From the NCBI GenBank assembly GCA_977020255.1, contig CDROCS010000506.1, positions 3,410,001 to 3,474,000 of the forward strand: 64,000 bases of DNA. The letters run 5' to 3'. The position numbers and the translations under genes were made by a program. Numbering within the stretch: the first letter of the stretch is position 1; every line of letters starts with the position of its first letter. Positions 20,459-30,803 of this stretch are shown here, one piece after another. The DNA comes from Obrimoposthia wandeli (lineage: Eukaryota). The notes beneath the pieces are model-generated. The model had not been told where the DNA came from. It searched no databases and was given only the letters and a program-made list of their open reading frames with translations.

Positions 20459-20882
20459 AAGCACCCCGTTTATGATGGGGCTTGCGAGTAAACAATTTCG
20501 TACGCAAGCGAATCAAGCATTAAGCACTGAATTTGATATTACACTGGAAATGCTAGGCTTGCTTAGGGTACTCGCACACTTGGGTACCGTCCCGCAGCAA
20601 ACATTATCCGAGGCTTTACACCGCGAACGCTCGGTAACAAAGCGTTTAGTCGATCATGTTATTAAACGCGGTCTTATTGAAGTACATAAAAATGAACTGA
20701 ACAAAAAAGCCCGGTATATAGGTTTGACTGAAAAAGGCATGGAGACTAAGAAGAAAGCGAGTGATTGTTTAAAGCAAATAACGGCTGACTATTTCTCTCC
20801 TCTAGCGTCTGATGAACAAGCGCTTTTTTTGACCTTATGTAAAAAATTAATTCGCTTTAACATGGTTTCAGATAGTGATTAA
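20421..20882 (+). CDS. MarR family transcriptional regulator
   Basis: Q-L...L-R-RSVT-RLVD...RGLI, wing R-IGLTEKG. Confidence 0.85.
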   Translation: MIKEITNIPELDESTPFMMGLASKQFRTQANQALSTEFDITLEMLGLLRVLAHLGTVPQQTLSEALHRERSVTKRLVDHVIKRGLIEVHKNELNKKARYIGLTEKGMETKKKASDCLKQITADYFSPLASDEQALFLTLCKKLIRFNMVSDSD

Positions 20883-21013
20883 TCATTAACTTTTCATCAT
20901 TACAAAATATTATCAAAAACATTAAAATTGATAATTTCACTTAATGGTTGTCACTGCCTATACTCACTCCATCAAAACAGACAAGCAACTAACAACGCAA
21001 AAGTGAGTATATT

Positions 21014-21499
21014 ATGAAAATGAATCATGTAGGTATTATGGTCGGCGATATGGATAAAGCGGTTGAGTTTTACACTAAAGCGCTTGGTCTGAAAATTGTA
21101 ATGAATAACACTAAAGTACTTGAAGAACGTGAGTCTGCTATCGGTAAAATGTGTATCGCAGTATTCGGTGAAGGCTTTAAAGGTTTTAACATTGCCCACT
21201 TAGTCACAAGTGACGGCATTGGTGTTGAAATGTTTGAAATGAAAGAGCGTCAAGAACGCCATGAAGTTGATTTCTCACGCCTTGGTATTTTCCACTTCTG
21301 TCTGCAAACAGATGATTTCGAAGGTGCTATGGCGCGAACTGAAGAATACGGCGGTAAAGTGCGTATGGACGTCCATCGCTACCACCCAGAAGATGACAGC
21401 AAGCAAGCGAAAATGGTTTATCTAGAAGACCCGTTTGGTAATTTATTCGAGCTTTATTCACATACATATGAAGAAACTTACGCTTCTGACTACGAGTAA
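21014..21499 (+). CDS. VOC family (lactoylglutathione lyase-like) protein
   Basis: MNHVGIMV, GVEMFE, GIFHFC and YLEDPFGNLFELYSH. Confidence 0.88.
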   Translation: MKMNHVGIMVGDMDKAVEFYTKALGLKIVMNNTKVLEERESAIGKMCIAVFGEGFKGFNIAHLVTSDGIGVEMFEMKERQERHEVDFSRLGIFHFCLQTDDFEGAMARTEEYGGKVRMDVHRYHPEDDSKQAKMVYLEDPFGNLFELYSHTYEETYASDYE

Positions 21500-21529
21500 G
21501 CTTAATCGGTCATTCACGAAGTGACGAAT

Positions 21530-21561
21530 AAATAACTTGCAGCATGTGCTGCAAGTTATTT
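21530..21561. terminator. Bidirectional intrinsic terminator
   Basis: Perfect inverted repeat AAATAACTTGCAGCA-TG-TGCTGCAAGTTATTT between convergent genes. Confidence 0.85.
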
Positions 21562-21610
21562 GCGATCTTAACTATTTATAAAAAACGATATTATCTATCG
21601 ATTCAGTTAT

Positions 21611-24064
21611 CTATTTATTAGTTAATGCATCAACAAGTGTGTCAGTCGGTCTTACGATTGCGACGACAGCTTCATCATAAACGCCCGCGCTATTAAGTGA
21701 CGTGTTCTTCACCATCGCCAGTTGTTGAGCCGATACATTGCCTGTTGTTATCCATTGCTCTAACAACGAAATCGCAGCGTAAGCCACATCCATGTGTTTC
21801 TGAGCAAGCTCTTGAGTATCTACCGACGCAATATTATTCGCGAATGTCACTTTAGCTAACTTCGCATTAGCCAACACCGCTTGGTAATGTGCTAATAAGT
21901 CCTGCATTGCTGCTTTATTATTAACTTGCACTGCAAGTTTTTGCATTGCTAATACGGCAAAACTCTCAACTGGTAAAGCATCCGCAAAACGGTTTAAACG
22001 TTCACCTTGGTTGTATAGCTGACCCTTTGGCTCGGTTAAATTATACTTCGCCCAGTTTCTTGTATAGTACTGTGCTGGTTCAGCGTATTCCGCTAATGTG
22101 GCAAGGGGGGCAACGCGACTACCATTGGCTAAACGCAATAATTGTTTATGCGTATTTGCTTGATGTGCTAAGCCAACAGATACCACCGACCAATCATTCA
22201 CTGCTTGTAAGCGACGGTACATATCATCTTCATCAGTTAGTTTTTCTGCAGACCATAGGCGTTCAGCGACAACATAACTTCTTGGCCAAATTCTGCCATC
22301 GAGTGTTAGATCGTCGTAATTCTCAGCCCAAATAGCTGCTTCACCACCGAGGATTAATTTCTGCTGTTGCTTGTTCAAGCTAACTGGATAACCGCCACTT
22401 GGCACTGGGATCTGGGTACCATCAAGTGAACTCGCTGCAACTAATTCACCCGTTGCAGGCCAGCGTACATTACCAACAAGTTGATAACTGCTATCGGTAA
22501 GTTGGCCATCAACGAAGTCATAATTAAACTCGGTGTAAGACATGAAATTGTCGAAGTGACCACGGAATGATGTACCTGGCTGATAATCAATGATGGTGAC
22601 TTCTGCACGTGATTTACCGTTGTAGTCGGTGAATGCGCGAGAATTGCCTTTCTTATCCGTAATGATGGTTAGGTTACCTTTACGCGGGCCACCTTTACCT
22701 CTTGGTTTTTGCCATTCATACGTTACAAAAGTTTCGCCTTTATGGGCTTTGTCATCAACGGTTAAACCTTTTGGCATCGGGTCGTTACGGTAATGGTAGC
22801 TGCTTGGTTGTGGTTGATCTAAGTAAAAGCCAGTTGAAAGTAATCCGTAATAACCTTCTTGAGCCGCTCGTCCGATACTGTCATGGCCACGCCAGCTTTG
22901 GATCACTATTGATTTAGGCAGATCTTTATGCCAAATTTCGTCCCAACCCATCATTTTTTTATTTTTAGATTCTAAGATCTTTTCAATTTTAGTATTTAAA
23001 TAAGATTGCAGGCCACGATTACCGTCAATGCCGTTGTCTTTAATAAACTGTTGGATCTTAGTGTTGTTCGTCCATTGGCTGTAATTTGGCTCATCACCAC
23101 CAATGTGAATATATTCATCTGGAAATAGCTCGCTGACTTCGGTGAACACTTTTTCGAAGAAGGTATAAAGCTCTGGATTGGTTGGATCCATTAATGGTTC
23201 GAACACACCCCATTGGCGCTGTCTTGGGTAGCTGTCTGCTGTTGGGTCAGACATTAATTCAGGATAAGAATGAGCGACTGCTGACGCATGGCCTGGTAAT
23301 GAGATTTCTGGAATGACGCGAATACCACGCAGGCTGGCATATTCAACCACATCTTTGATGTCTTGCTTGGTATAAAATTGACCATCAGAGTTCATTTCAA
23401 CTAGCTTAGGGTAGCTGCTGATTTCGATACGAATGCCTTGGTCATCCCAAAGGTGCCAATGAAACACATTCATTTTGGCAGAAGAAAAACCATCTATTTG
23501 GCGTTTGATCGTGTCAACCGTTAAGAAATGGCGAGACGTATCAACCGACGCACCGCGCCATGGAAAACGCGGGTTATCTTCAATTTCGACAGCTGGTAAT
23601 ACATAACCTGTCGCTGATGTAGTGAGTAGCTGTAAAAATGTTTCAGCGGCGTGTATCGCGCCATATGGGCTGTTCGCCGAGATCTCTGCTTGCTTGCTCG
23701 TCACTTCTAGTTCGTAAGACTCATCACTCTTGAGTGTCGGGATATTACTTTTAGGGGCGTCATCAATATCAATAACCAGTGTCGCGCTGTTCTTATCTAA
23801 GCTGTATGGATTTAATAGGGGTAAACCTGTTTGAGCTTCAATGCGAGAAATAATTCGTGCTGCTAATTTACTTACTCTTTCAGAATTAAAATCACTGATA
23901 AAAATGCTGAAGTCTTTGTTAATAGCCAATGTACCGCTATTGATTTCCACTTCCTGGGGATAAGGCATCAGGTTTAGTACTGAATTTGTGTCTTTTGCTA
24001 CTGCATTGACAGATAAGCAGGCGCTAAGCACGCTTAAAGCTAATAATGTTTTTTTCATTTCCAT
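21611..24064 (-). CDS. GH20 beta-N-acetylhexosaminidase, secreted
   Basis: DNPRFPWRG, DTSRHF, KMNVFHWHL, HIGGDE catalytic motif, GWDE, GGEAAIWAE and IWPRS; signal peptide. Confidence 0.95.
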   Translation of the reverse strand: MEMKKTLLALSVLSACLSVNAVAKDTNSVLNLMPYPQEVEINSGTLAINKDFSIFISDFNSERVSKLAARIISRIEAQTGLPLLNPYSLDKNSATLVIDIDDAPKSNIPTLKSDESYELEVTSKQAEISANSPYGAIHAAETFLQLLTTSATGYVLPAVEIEDNPRFPWRGASVDTSRHFLTVDTIKRQIDGFSSAKMNVFHWHLWDDQGIRIEISSYPKLVEMNSDGQFYTKQDIKDVVEYASLRGIRVIPEISLPGHASAVAHSYPELMSDPTADSYPRQRQWGVFEPLMDPTNPELYTFFEKVFTEVSELFPDEYIHIGGDEPNYSQWTNNTKIQQFIKDNGIDGNRGLQSYLNTKIEKILESKNKKMMGWDEIWHKDLPKSIVIQSWRGHDSIGRAAQEGYYGLLSTGFYLDQPQPSSYHYRNDPMPKGLTVDDKAHKGETFVTYEWQKPRGKGGPRKGNLTIITDKKGNSRAFTDYNGKSRAEVTIIDYQPGTSFRGHFDNFMSYTEFNYDFVDGQLTDSSYQLVGNVRWPATGELVAASSLDGTQIPVPSGGYPVSLNKQQQKLILGGEAAIWAENYDDLTLDGRIWPRSYVVAERLWSAEKLTDEDDMYRRLQAVNDWSVVSVGLAHQANTHKQLLRLANGSRVAPLATLAEYAEPAQYYTRNWAKYNLTEPKGQLYNQGERLNRFADALPVESFAVLAMQKLAVQVNNKAAMQDLLAHYQAVLANAKLAKVTFANNIASVDTQELAQKHMDVAYAAISLLEQWITTGNVSAQQLAMVKNTSLNSAGVYDEAVVAIVRPTDTLVDALTNK

Positions 24065-24235
24065 TCCATTTGAAACATATTTTACGTTGTAAATTATATT
24101 ATCTATATGCTGTCAAATTCTCAATGAGATGTAACGAAATATGAGATGTTAATGGTTGTTTTTGTTGTGTTATTCTTAATCTATAGGATATGTGGTTTAA
24201 TATATCTATAGGTACATTTAAGTAAGGTATTAATA

Positions 24236-24883
24236 ATGAAAAAGTTAATCTATATCGCACTGGCTTGTGTCGGTGTGTTGGCATTAGTGAACGTGGTTCG
24301 TTATATGGGCGATAGCAGTAGCAAGGCACCTGGCTATCACTCTGAAGTAATACGGACGTTATTTGCAATGGAAACCAGCAGTGATTTTATTATCAACCTG
24401 CCTGACAGCGATTCAAATTCTGATACAAGTACTGACAAAAGTACTGGAGTTATACTGACGTCTATAATTGGCCTAGGCACGCCGAACGGTAAAGCGCAGG
24501 GTAATTATCAGATCGATGAAGAACGTGGCGAGGTATTACTCGACTACATGTTTATCAATGTTTTAGGCCCGATGACTGCGGACAATAAAATGTATTTTGT
24601 CGCGCCATTTAGCGTCAGCAACCAAGGTAGTGGGGTATTCACTTATGTTGGTTTATTTGAGCAAGACATTGATAACCTAACCATCAAACACTTAGACTCT
24701 TATTTTATTGGCGACCGAATTAAGCTTAATGAAATGCGTCTGTGGGATTCTAAAATCGAGCTGTCATTCAACCAGCATGGTGAGCAACAAACGTATGCAG
24801 AAGTGCCCATTGAAACAGTGCATTTGACGCTTGGTGTTGATGATGTGATCCCAACTAAATTGCTTAAACAGCAAGATATTTAG
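24236..24883 (+). CDS. Hypothetical exported/membrane-anchored protein
   Basis: N-terminal hydrophobic anchor; AAGG RBS. Confidence 0.7.
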   Translation: MKKLIYIALACVGVLALVNVVRYMGDSSSKAPGYHSEVIRTLFAMETSSDFIINLPDSDSNSDTSTDKSTGVILTSIIGLGTPNGKAQGNYQIDEERGEVLLDYMFINVLGPMTADNKMYFVAPFSVSNQGSGVFTYVGLFEQDIDNLTIKHLDSYFIGDRIKLNEMRLWDSKIELSFNQHGEQQTYAEVPIETVHLTLGVDDVIPTKLLKQQDI

Positions 24884-24909
24884 CTTAAAGGGTTAACTAT
24901 TCCAGCCTG

Positions 24910-25125
24910 CTACCTGTAATAGATATCACAATTGTCTGGGGTTTCGTCTTCGCGCCCCTGATCTGTATTTAGAACTGCGAGTACGGAATTATTTCTGTGC
25001 TCTTCCTGGCACCAATATTTCGCGTAGTCATCAGGCTTTGATGGATTGTATTCATGATAAGCGCATGACGCGAGCAAATTGGTAAGCAGGGATATAAACA
25101 CAATCTTTTGTATACGGAACATCAA
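24910..25125 (-). CDS. Small putative lipoprotein
   Basis: Lipobox LASC after a hydrophobic stretch. Confidence 0.55.
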   Translation of the reverse strand: MMFRIQKIVFISLLTNLLASCAYHEYNPSKPDDYAKYWCQEEHRNNSVLAVLNTDQGREDETPDNCDIYYR

Positions 25126-25580
25126 TTTAACCTGAATTAAGCATGGCTCATGATGTTACATGCGTGTTTTAGCTGAGTACATTATTGAGTTGTAAGAGAA
25201 TGTCAGGATTGTGTATCCAATATTCACCATCTCCCTCCCTAAAATCCCGCAGTTTGAAATAATAGGATATGGTTTTATACAGTATTATTTGATTTTTGTG
25301 ATTGTGATTTATTTACCCCAAAAGAGTTGTTTTGTTCTTGTGCTCAAAGGATAATTCAATAATATCAGTTGTATATAAAGTCGTGTTAATAGTTAACAAG
25401 GCTTAAAAAATAAATGGCAGGACTGCAGAAAATTCCCTGAATAGGTTTAAATATCAGGTTGATGTTTTATCTTATTTTTCATTTAATTCGTCGTTATTGA
25501 CTAGGGTTTATTGATTTGGGGAATCGAGACGTCCTGCTATACAAATATTAGCTAGCTTATATTCCAAGTAGGAGTTTTTA

Positions 25581-26525
25581 ATGGTAGGTAAAGGCGTTGT
25601 TATGTCAGCTTATGATGTGAGCATTACAGATGAACGGATTTCTGTATCTGCGGATATTACTCCTGATCATTTGAGGTATTTTTGTTTGTATTGGGATGAA
25701 ATAATATTGGTTGACGCACCTCCAATACGTTGTGATTTTAATCCAGAAAAGCAACTATTAAGTGATGCTGGCATTTTATCTGTTAGAACAGCTCACAATC
25801 CCAATTGGAATGAAAGTGTAGGTAACATAAAGTGGACTGGTGGTGGAATGTACTACGAGCCGAAAAAACAGAATAGAACAGATGCTATATCGGAGGAATT
25901 AACTCGATATTTCATGAATGGGCACTTCCAGCTTGCAAGCCAAGAGTTTGGTTCTTTGTTAAAAGAAGATCCGAGAAAATGGACTATCCACCAAAATGGT
26001 AACAAGTTGATCTTACCTGAAAATCATAAAGTTGAGCACTTGACTGCTCGAATGGAGCTAAAGAATTGCCTTCCGATACCCAGATCTGATATTTCTTTGG
26101 AAAGTTTACTCGATTTTAAAGTTAATCGTTCTGATGAGCTACTGGCTCTTGATAAAACCTTGACATCATTGTATTTGAAAATTACGAATTCAAGTGACTC
26201 TGTCACAGCAAAGGATTTTTATGTAAGCCAGCTGGTTGATGCAATCTCTGACTTGAATAAAGTTAGTAAAGAGAAATTTGGTTTGTGTAATTTCGCTAAT
26301 CGAAGTGTATCACTTGAGCTAAGTGCTGCTTCTTTTTTAGGGGCGGCGAGCGCTTCAACTTTCGTTGAAGATCCTATGCTTAAGGTTGGGTCTTTCATCA
26401 TGGGGGGGCTTGCATCGAGTATTAAGCTGACCGCAGGTAAAACCATGGAACATAAAGACGCAATTGGTTCAAATCAGTTATCTTACTTATCATCAATTAA
26501 TAAACATGGTGTGACAGCTAGCTAA
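25581..26525 (+). CDS. Cassette-encoded hypothetical protein (resembles DUF6236 family from recollection)
   Basis: LRYFCLYWDEII and LPIPRSDISLESLLDFK motifs; AT-rich; the TAA stop is part of the attC TAAC. Confidence 0.7.
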   Translation: MVGKGVVMSAYDVSITDERISVSADITPDHLRYFCLYWDEIILVDAPPIRCDFNPEKQLLSDAGILSVRTAHNPNWNESVGNIKWTGGGMYYEPKKQNRTDAISEELTRYFMNGHFQLASQEFGSLLKEDPRKWTIHQNGNKLILPENHKVEHLTARMELKNCLPIPRSDISLESLLDFKVNRSDELLALDKTLTSLYLKITNSSDSVTAKDFYVSQLVDAISDLNKVSKEKFGLCNFANRSVSLELSAASFLGAASASTFVEDPMLKVGSFIMGGLASSIKLTAGKTMEHKDAIGSNQLSYLSSINKHGVTAS

Positions 26526-26642
26526 CAAAGCGTTCAAGACTGATTTCGAACTCTCGGTATTTTCAGTTCAAGTCGAGTTTTTACGGTGTACTGGTTTAGT
26601 TTAGGAGGCTAGCGTTGCTCACGACTTAACTAGACGTTACTT
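26520..26642 (+). other. attC recombination site (Vibrio chromosomal-repeat type, partly degenerate)
   Basis: AGCTAAC-AAA-GCGTTCAAG ... CTTAAC-TAGAC-GTT, about 123 bp. L'' GTT(C)AAG pairs with L' CTTAAC, leaving an extrahelical C. The GTT crossover is at 26636-26638. Confidence 0.82.
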
Positions 26643-26809
26643 GATAAAATAGATGTTTCAGGCTTATTTAGTTGAAACATTGATTCCCCAATTTAGTGAA
26701 AAATAATCAAATCACTTTTAGCCAGTGATTACTTAGCATATATAAATAAGCCCTTTAGTAGTATTCTTAAGTTCGTATTCTTTTGATTATACTCAGTAAT
26801 TTCAGCCTC

Positions 26810-27031
26810 TTATTTTTTAGCTGAGTTAGCCATACAGCTGTCATTTACCTGCTGCATAAACTTTGCTTGTTCTTTTTCAACGTTCATTTGAAGTTCGCGC
26901 GCCTCTTTTATTCTCGTTTCCGCTCTTGCTAGGGTGGACGTGACCCAGTAAGAAAAACCACCCATTACGAATATAATTAAAATAACGCTGCTGTATTTAT
27001 ATATAAATTGTTTCATCTGAACTCGAAGCAT
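26810..27031 (-). CDS. Small hypothetical single-pass membrane protein
   Basis: One hydrophobic helix followed by a coiled-coil-like segment. Confidence 0.5.
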   Translation of the reverse strand: MLRVQMKQFIYKYSSVILIIFVMGGFSYWVTSTLARAETRIKEARELQMNVEKEQAKFMQQVNDSCMANSAKK

Positions 27032-27261
27032 AGTAAATAAGACTATTATATATTTTTACGAAAAAAGGTATGTCCACCATCGGACATAACTAAAGGCTGT
27101 TATTAAATAGTAGGCAATAAAAATGCAGTCGTTCATTGAATTTACCCTCCAAGATCAACACATCTTCAATCAGCCAACCTTAACGCTCGACATTGAATTA
27201 CTGGCAAGGCTAAAATAGCCTCATATTGTTTTTAACAGACTCTTCTATATAAGGTATTACC

Positions 27262-27465
27262 ATGAACGTGTATCAGTGTTGTGACAAAGTCCGTGAGTTG
27301 TATTCATTAATTGGCAGTGGCGATCAAGGCTATATTCCAAAAGCGATTGGCTGTGCGATCAAAGCATTAAACGATGTTGCGGGTGATGAGAGTTTACCTG
27401 TCGATGTTCGTGACAACGCGGCCTTTGCAGCAGCGAATCTACTGATTTCAGATTTTGAAGATTAG
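27262..27465 (+). CDS. yaeP: YaeP family (UPF0253) protein
   Basis: [24 protein letters not shown] and [12 protein letters not shown]. Confidence 0.85.
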   Translation: MNVYQCCDKVRELYSLIGSGDQGYIPKAIGCAIKALNDVAGDESLPVDVRDNAAFAAANLLISDFED

Positions 27466-27657
27466 TCGTTTCCGTCTTAAAGATAGTACTTAGTTGACTT
27501 TCGTTTCGTAGAATAGCTATCTATTATTTTATCGGTTACAGAATGAATGAGTTCGCTAGATTTAAATAGCGAACTACAGATTTATTGAACGTTCACATCA
27601 TATTCTTATGTATATGAATAATAATGGATATCACTCTTGGCAGTCAGCGTTGATATA

Positions 27658-28497
27658 TCACTGGTTACTCGAGAGTAAAGCAGGATTGATGACTAAGTTT
27701 CTTACTCCATGAGCATGATCTTCATCGAACTCATTGTCTTTTAACCATGCCGAAACACTATTTATGTCTATCTTCATGACTTGCGGGCGCACGCTCCAAC
27801 TTACCTGAAATGGCGACGATACTTCATTATAACTTGGTCCCGTCGTTGAGCCCGTATACTCTATCGGCGTACCAGTGTTGTTTGGAATGTTCACTGCCTG
27901 ATGCAGCCCATTGACCATGCCGAGTTTCGTTAGTTCGACAAAATTCATGGCTTTATTGTTGTTCACTAATACGTAGACTTGTGTTTCTACTCTTAGCTGA
28001 GGATTGCTGTTTTCATCGCTAAAACAGGCGCCTAAGGTTGCACCTGGTTCCACTTGAGCCGTAGAGTAAACATAGTGTGCTTCAATCGTATCGCCAGGGG
28101 AAAGGCTGTCGTGCTTGTTGGCACCTACTTTATGTTGAAGAGGTAATAATTCTTGCGGCGTTAATTTGCCAGCATATTGATAACCGCTCTGATATCCATG
28201 TCCATCACCATTGCCTGCATATTTAGTGAATTCACCGCCTTTATGTTCTGCATTTTTATGCACATGAATATTACAAAGGTTCATCTGTGTATACGCTGGA
28301 GCAAGGGAAAATATACGTTTGTTTTCGCCCTTCAGTGTGTCTATATCACGTGGCGATTGCGGGCCAAATCCTTTATCTAGACTACTCGTTGCTAGCTCAG
28401 TTCTTTGTTTTTCTATGACTTGATCTGTCACTGCTGCATTTGCTAAAAATGGTAAAAACACTGTAGTTATACATAACGATAGGATCTTGTTATTCAT
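27658..28497 (-). CDS. Delta-class carbonic anhydrase-like protein, secreted
   Basis: GPQSPRDID, MNLCNIHVHKNAEH, GDTIEAHYVYS, LGAC, YTGSTTG, VSWSVRP and HAHGVR; signal peptide. Confidence 0.8.
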   Translation of the reverse strand: MNNKILSLCITTVFLPFLANAAVTDQVIEKQRTELATSSLDKGFGPQSPRDIDTLKGENKRIFSLAPAYTQMNLCNIHVHKNAEHKGGEFTKYAGNGDGHGYQSGYQYAGKLTPQELLPLQHKVGANKHDSLSPGDTIEAHYVYSTAQVEPGATLGACFSDENSNPQLRVETQVYVLVNNNKAMNFVELTKLGMVNGLHQAVNIPNNTGTPIEYTGSTTGPSYNEVSSPFQVSWSVRPQVMKIDINSVSAWLKDNEFDEDHAHGVRNLVINPALLSSNQ

Positions 28498-28703
28498 ATT
28501 CCCTCTCTTTTTATAAAAATGGCTATAAATGATTTAAATCTAAACCTAAACAAAGAGATACGATAACAGTATTGTAGTTTCATCTCAGGTCAGACCTGTT
28601 AATGGGTCTGCTATAGAAAGTATAAAACCATCACGCCGGATGGTTTTATACTATTAGCTTAATTTGAATCGAGAAACCAATATCGTAAGTGACTCGTTTT
28701 CAT

Positions 28704-30215
28704 CTACGATAAGGGTAATAGCACGGCTTTTTCCTTTTCTTCTGCCTCAAGCGCTTCTCCGCGTAAAACTAGTCCTTGAATGAACCGTGACAAAGCGAAG
28801 GTCAAGATAGACATGAATACCGCTATCTGAGCTAACATATAGAAGTAACCTGTATAGACTGCTTCAACCACTTCTGGCGTGAATACGATGTCTTTAGGCA
28901 AGGCGATTTTAGTTGCAATTACAGCGGCTAAAATACCACTGAGTGAAATAGCCACGGCACGTAAACCAATAGAGAACGCGGCTAAATGACGAGGTACCAT
29001 TTCGAAGATAAAACCAGCCCCTAATGCGCCCACAATCACCTCTGCTCCAGCTTGGAAGAAGTGTACCAACAAGATCCAGTTTGCTGATATTTTACCATCA
29101 GCACCAATGTTTTCTGAAGATAGGCCCAATAAAGTAAAGGCGATAGCACTGAGAACAAAGGCACCTGCGATCTTAGTTGGAATAGTAGGGGAGTAACCTT
29201 TTCGGTCTAACCAAGCGTATATCTGGATCATTGGTCCACCCAGAACAAAACACCATAATGGATTGAATGCCATGTTGGACTCTGGAAAGATAGGGATAAA
29301 GCCAAGTAGCGTGCCGCCCATCAGATTAATGGAATACAGGTTCATTGATGTGAACATTTGGCCATAGAAAAAATAAAATACAATGAGAATAAGGACAATG
29401 ATCAGTACCGCGGTCATTTTGAATTTATAAGCCCGAGTTGCTCTAGATATTTCATAAATGAAGTAGCCAATCGCACCAAAGCCTAATGCATAAAGAATGT
29501 ATTTACCTGTATCTAGGTTGGAGAAAATCCAAAATATCAGTCCCAGAGTCGCAATTGAACCAGTAAGAAAGATCACCCATGTCATCAGTGGTAATGGTGT
29601 CTTGTCTAAATTATTACCTACATCCGTTAGCTCTCTGCGGAACTTGAAAAACAAGATCAAGTTGCAGGCCATAAGCAGTCCTGAAACAAAGAAAACGCCT
29701 TGGTACGCTAGATAAGCGATTAAAAAAGGAAATAAGTACTTAGCAGAGAAAGACCCAAGATTATTGATTGAATAGTTTACTGTCAGACCTTGTTGGAATG
29801 CACCACGATTGGTCTCTGAATAGGAATTGCCTAAAAGAACCGTTGGGCAAGTAGCAGATAAGCCACGCGCATAACCGATTAATGCGATAGCAAAGATACT
29901 TAGAGGGATATTGATACTGCTTGCACCAATACCGAGTAATAGAAATCCAGCTAAATAAGCAGCGTAACCAATATATACTGCACGGAAAGCACCAATATAT
30001 TTGTCGGCAACCCACCCACCAACGGCCGAGAAAACCGGACCAACAGCACCGAAGGCACCCATCATCATAATCGTGTCAGCTTCACTGTAATTTAAGTCAA
30101 CTAAGAAGAACTTCGTTAAGAGTACAAACGTGCCATAGAAGGCCGCCCCCCAAAGAAATTGCCGTAAGAAAAGAACCTTAGAAATGGTGGGGAATCTGGA
30201 ATTATGGTCTTGCAT
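28704..30215 (-). CDS. POT/PTR family proton-dependent oligopeptide transporter (MFS)
   Basis: FYG, GGWVADKYIG, YSINNLGS, QMFTSMN and NPLW motifs. Start placed at ATG 30215. Confidence 0.85.
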   Translation of the reverse strand: MQDHNSRFPTISKVLFLRQFLWGAAFYGTFVLLTKFFLVDLNYSEADTIMMMGAFGAVGPVFSAVGGWVADKYIGAFRAVYIGYAAYLAGFLLLGIGASSINIPLSIFAIALIGYARGLSATCPTVLLGNSYSETNRGAFQQGLTVNYSINNLGSFSAKYLFPFLIAYLAYQGVFFVSGLLMACNLILFFKFRRELTDVGNNLDKTPLPLMTWVIFLTGSIATLGLIFWIFSNLDTGKYILYALGFGAIGYFIYEISRATRAYKFKMTAVLIIVLILIVFYFFYGQMFTSMNLYSINLMGGTLLGFIPIFPESNMAFNPLWCFVLGGPMIQIYAWLDRKGYSPTIPTKIAGAFVLSAIAFTLLGLSSENIGADGKISANWILLVHFFQAGAEVIVGALGAGFIFEMVPRHLAAFSIGLRAVAISLSGILAAVIATKIALPKDIVFTPEVVEAVYTGYFYMLAQIAVFMSILTFALSRFIQGLVLRGEALEAEEKEKAVLLPLS

Positions 30216-30803
30216 GCTGCACTCCAAGTATGGACGTAGTTATATAGGGTATGTCTTATCTATGAGACACGATCTGTTTATCTATACGAACATCTGGATA
30301 AGGTTTGTGAAAAGTCACGTTCAACTCGCTGTTTGATATCATCAATATATCGAATGTAACTAACTGTTATAGATGCATATTTACGATGATAATATCATCC
30401 GTTATGTTTGATGTTGCTACGGGGGTATCAAATTCAGGTTCTATTACAGCTTGTTAAACAAGTTATGATCTATGTCATTATTTCGAGTTAAATCAATTAC
30501 ATATTTTCTACTTGGATCTTTTATTGGAGGATTAATCGATGTTGGAATAACATGATTTTTATTTTAAGCATCGATCCCAAGCACATTTCAGTGCTGTTTC
30601 CGCCACCACGAATCATGCATTTCATAGTGATAAATAACTATTTCATATCGTATTATCCTGTTTGCCATTAGTTGCAAATCTAACTCAATAATATCTGTTA
30701 TTTACTTTCTTATACTAACAAATAGGCATAGGGTCTACCTATTAAATGTAGGGGCATGGGCCTTACCGCCTCACATAAATATCACGCAACTAAGAGATAA
30801 CAG

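Larger units (their letters stand above)
25548..26642 (+). mobile_element. Solitary integron gene cassette (one ORF plus attC)
   Basis: The 5' end TTAGCTAGCT (25548-25557) is the exact reverse complement of AGCTAGCTAA (26516-26525) at the attC R'' box. The attC follows the stop codon directly. Confidence 0.8.
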
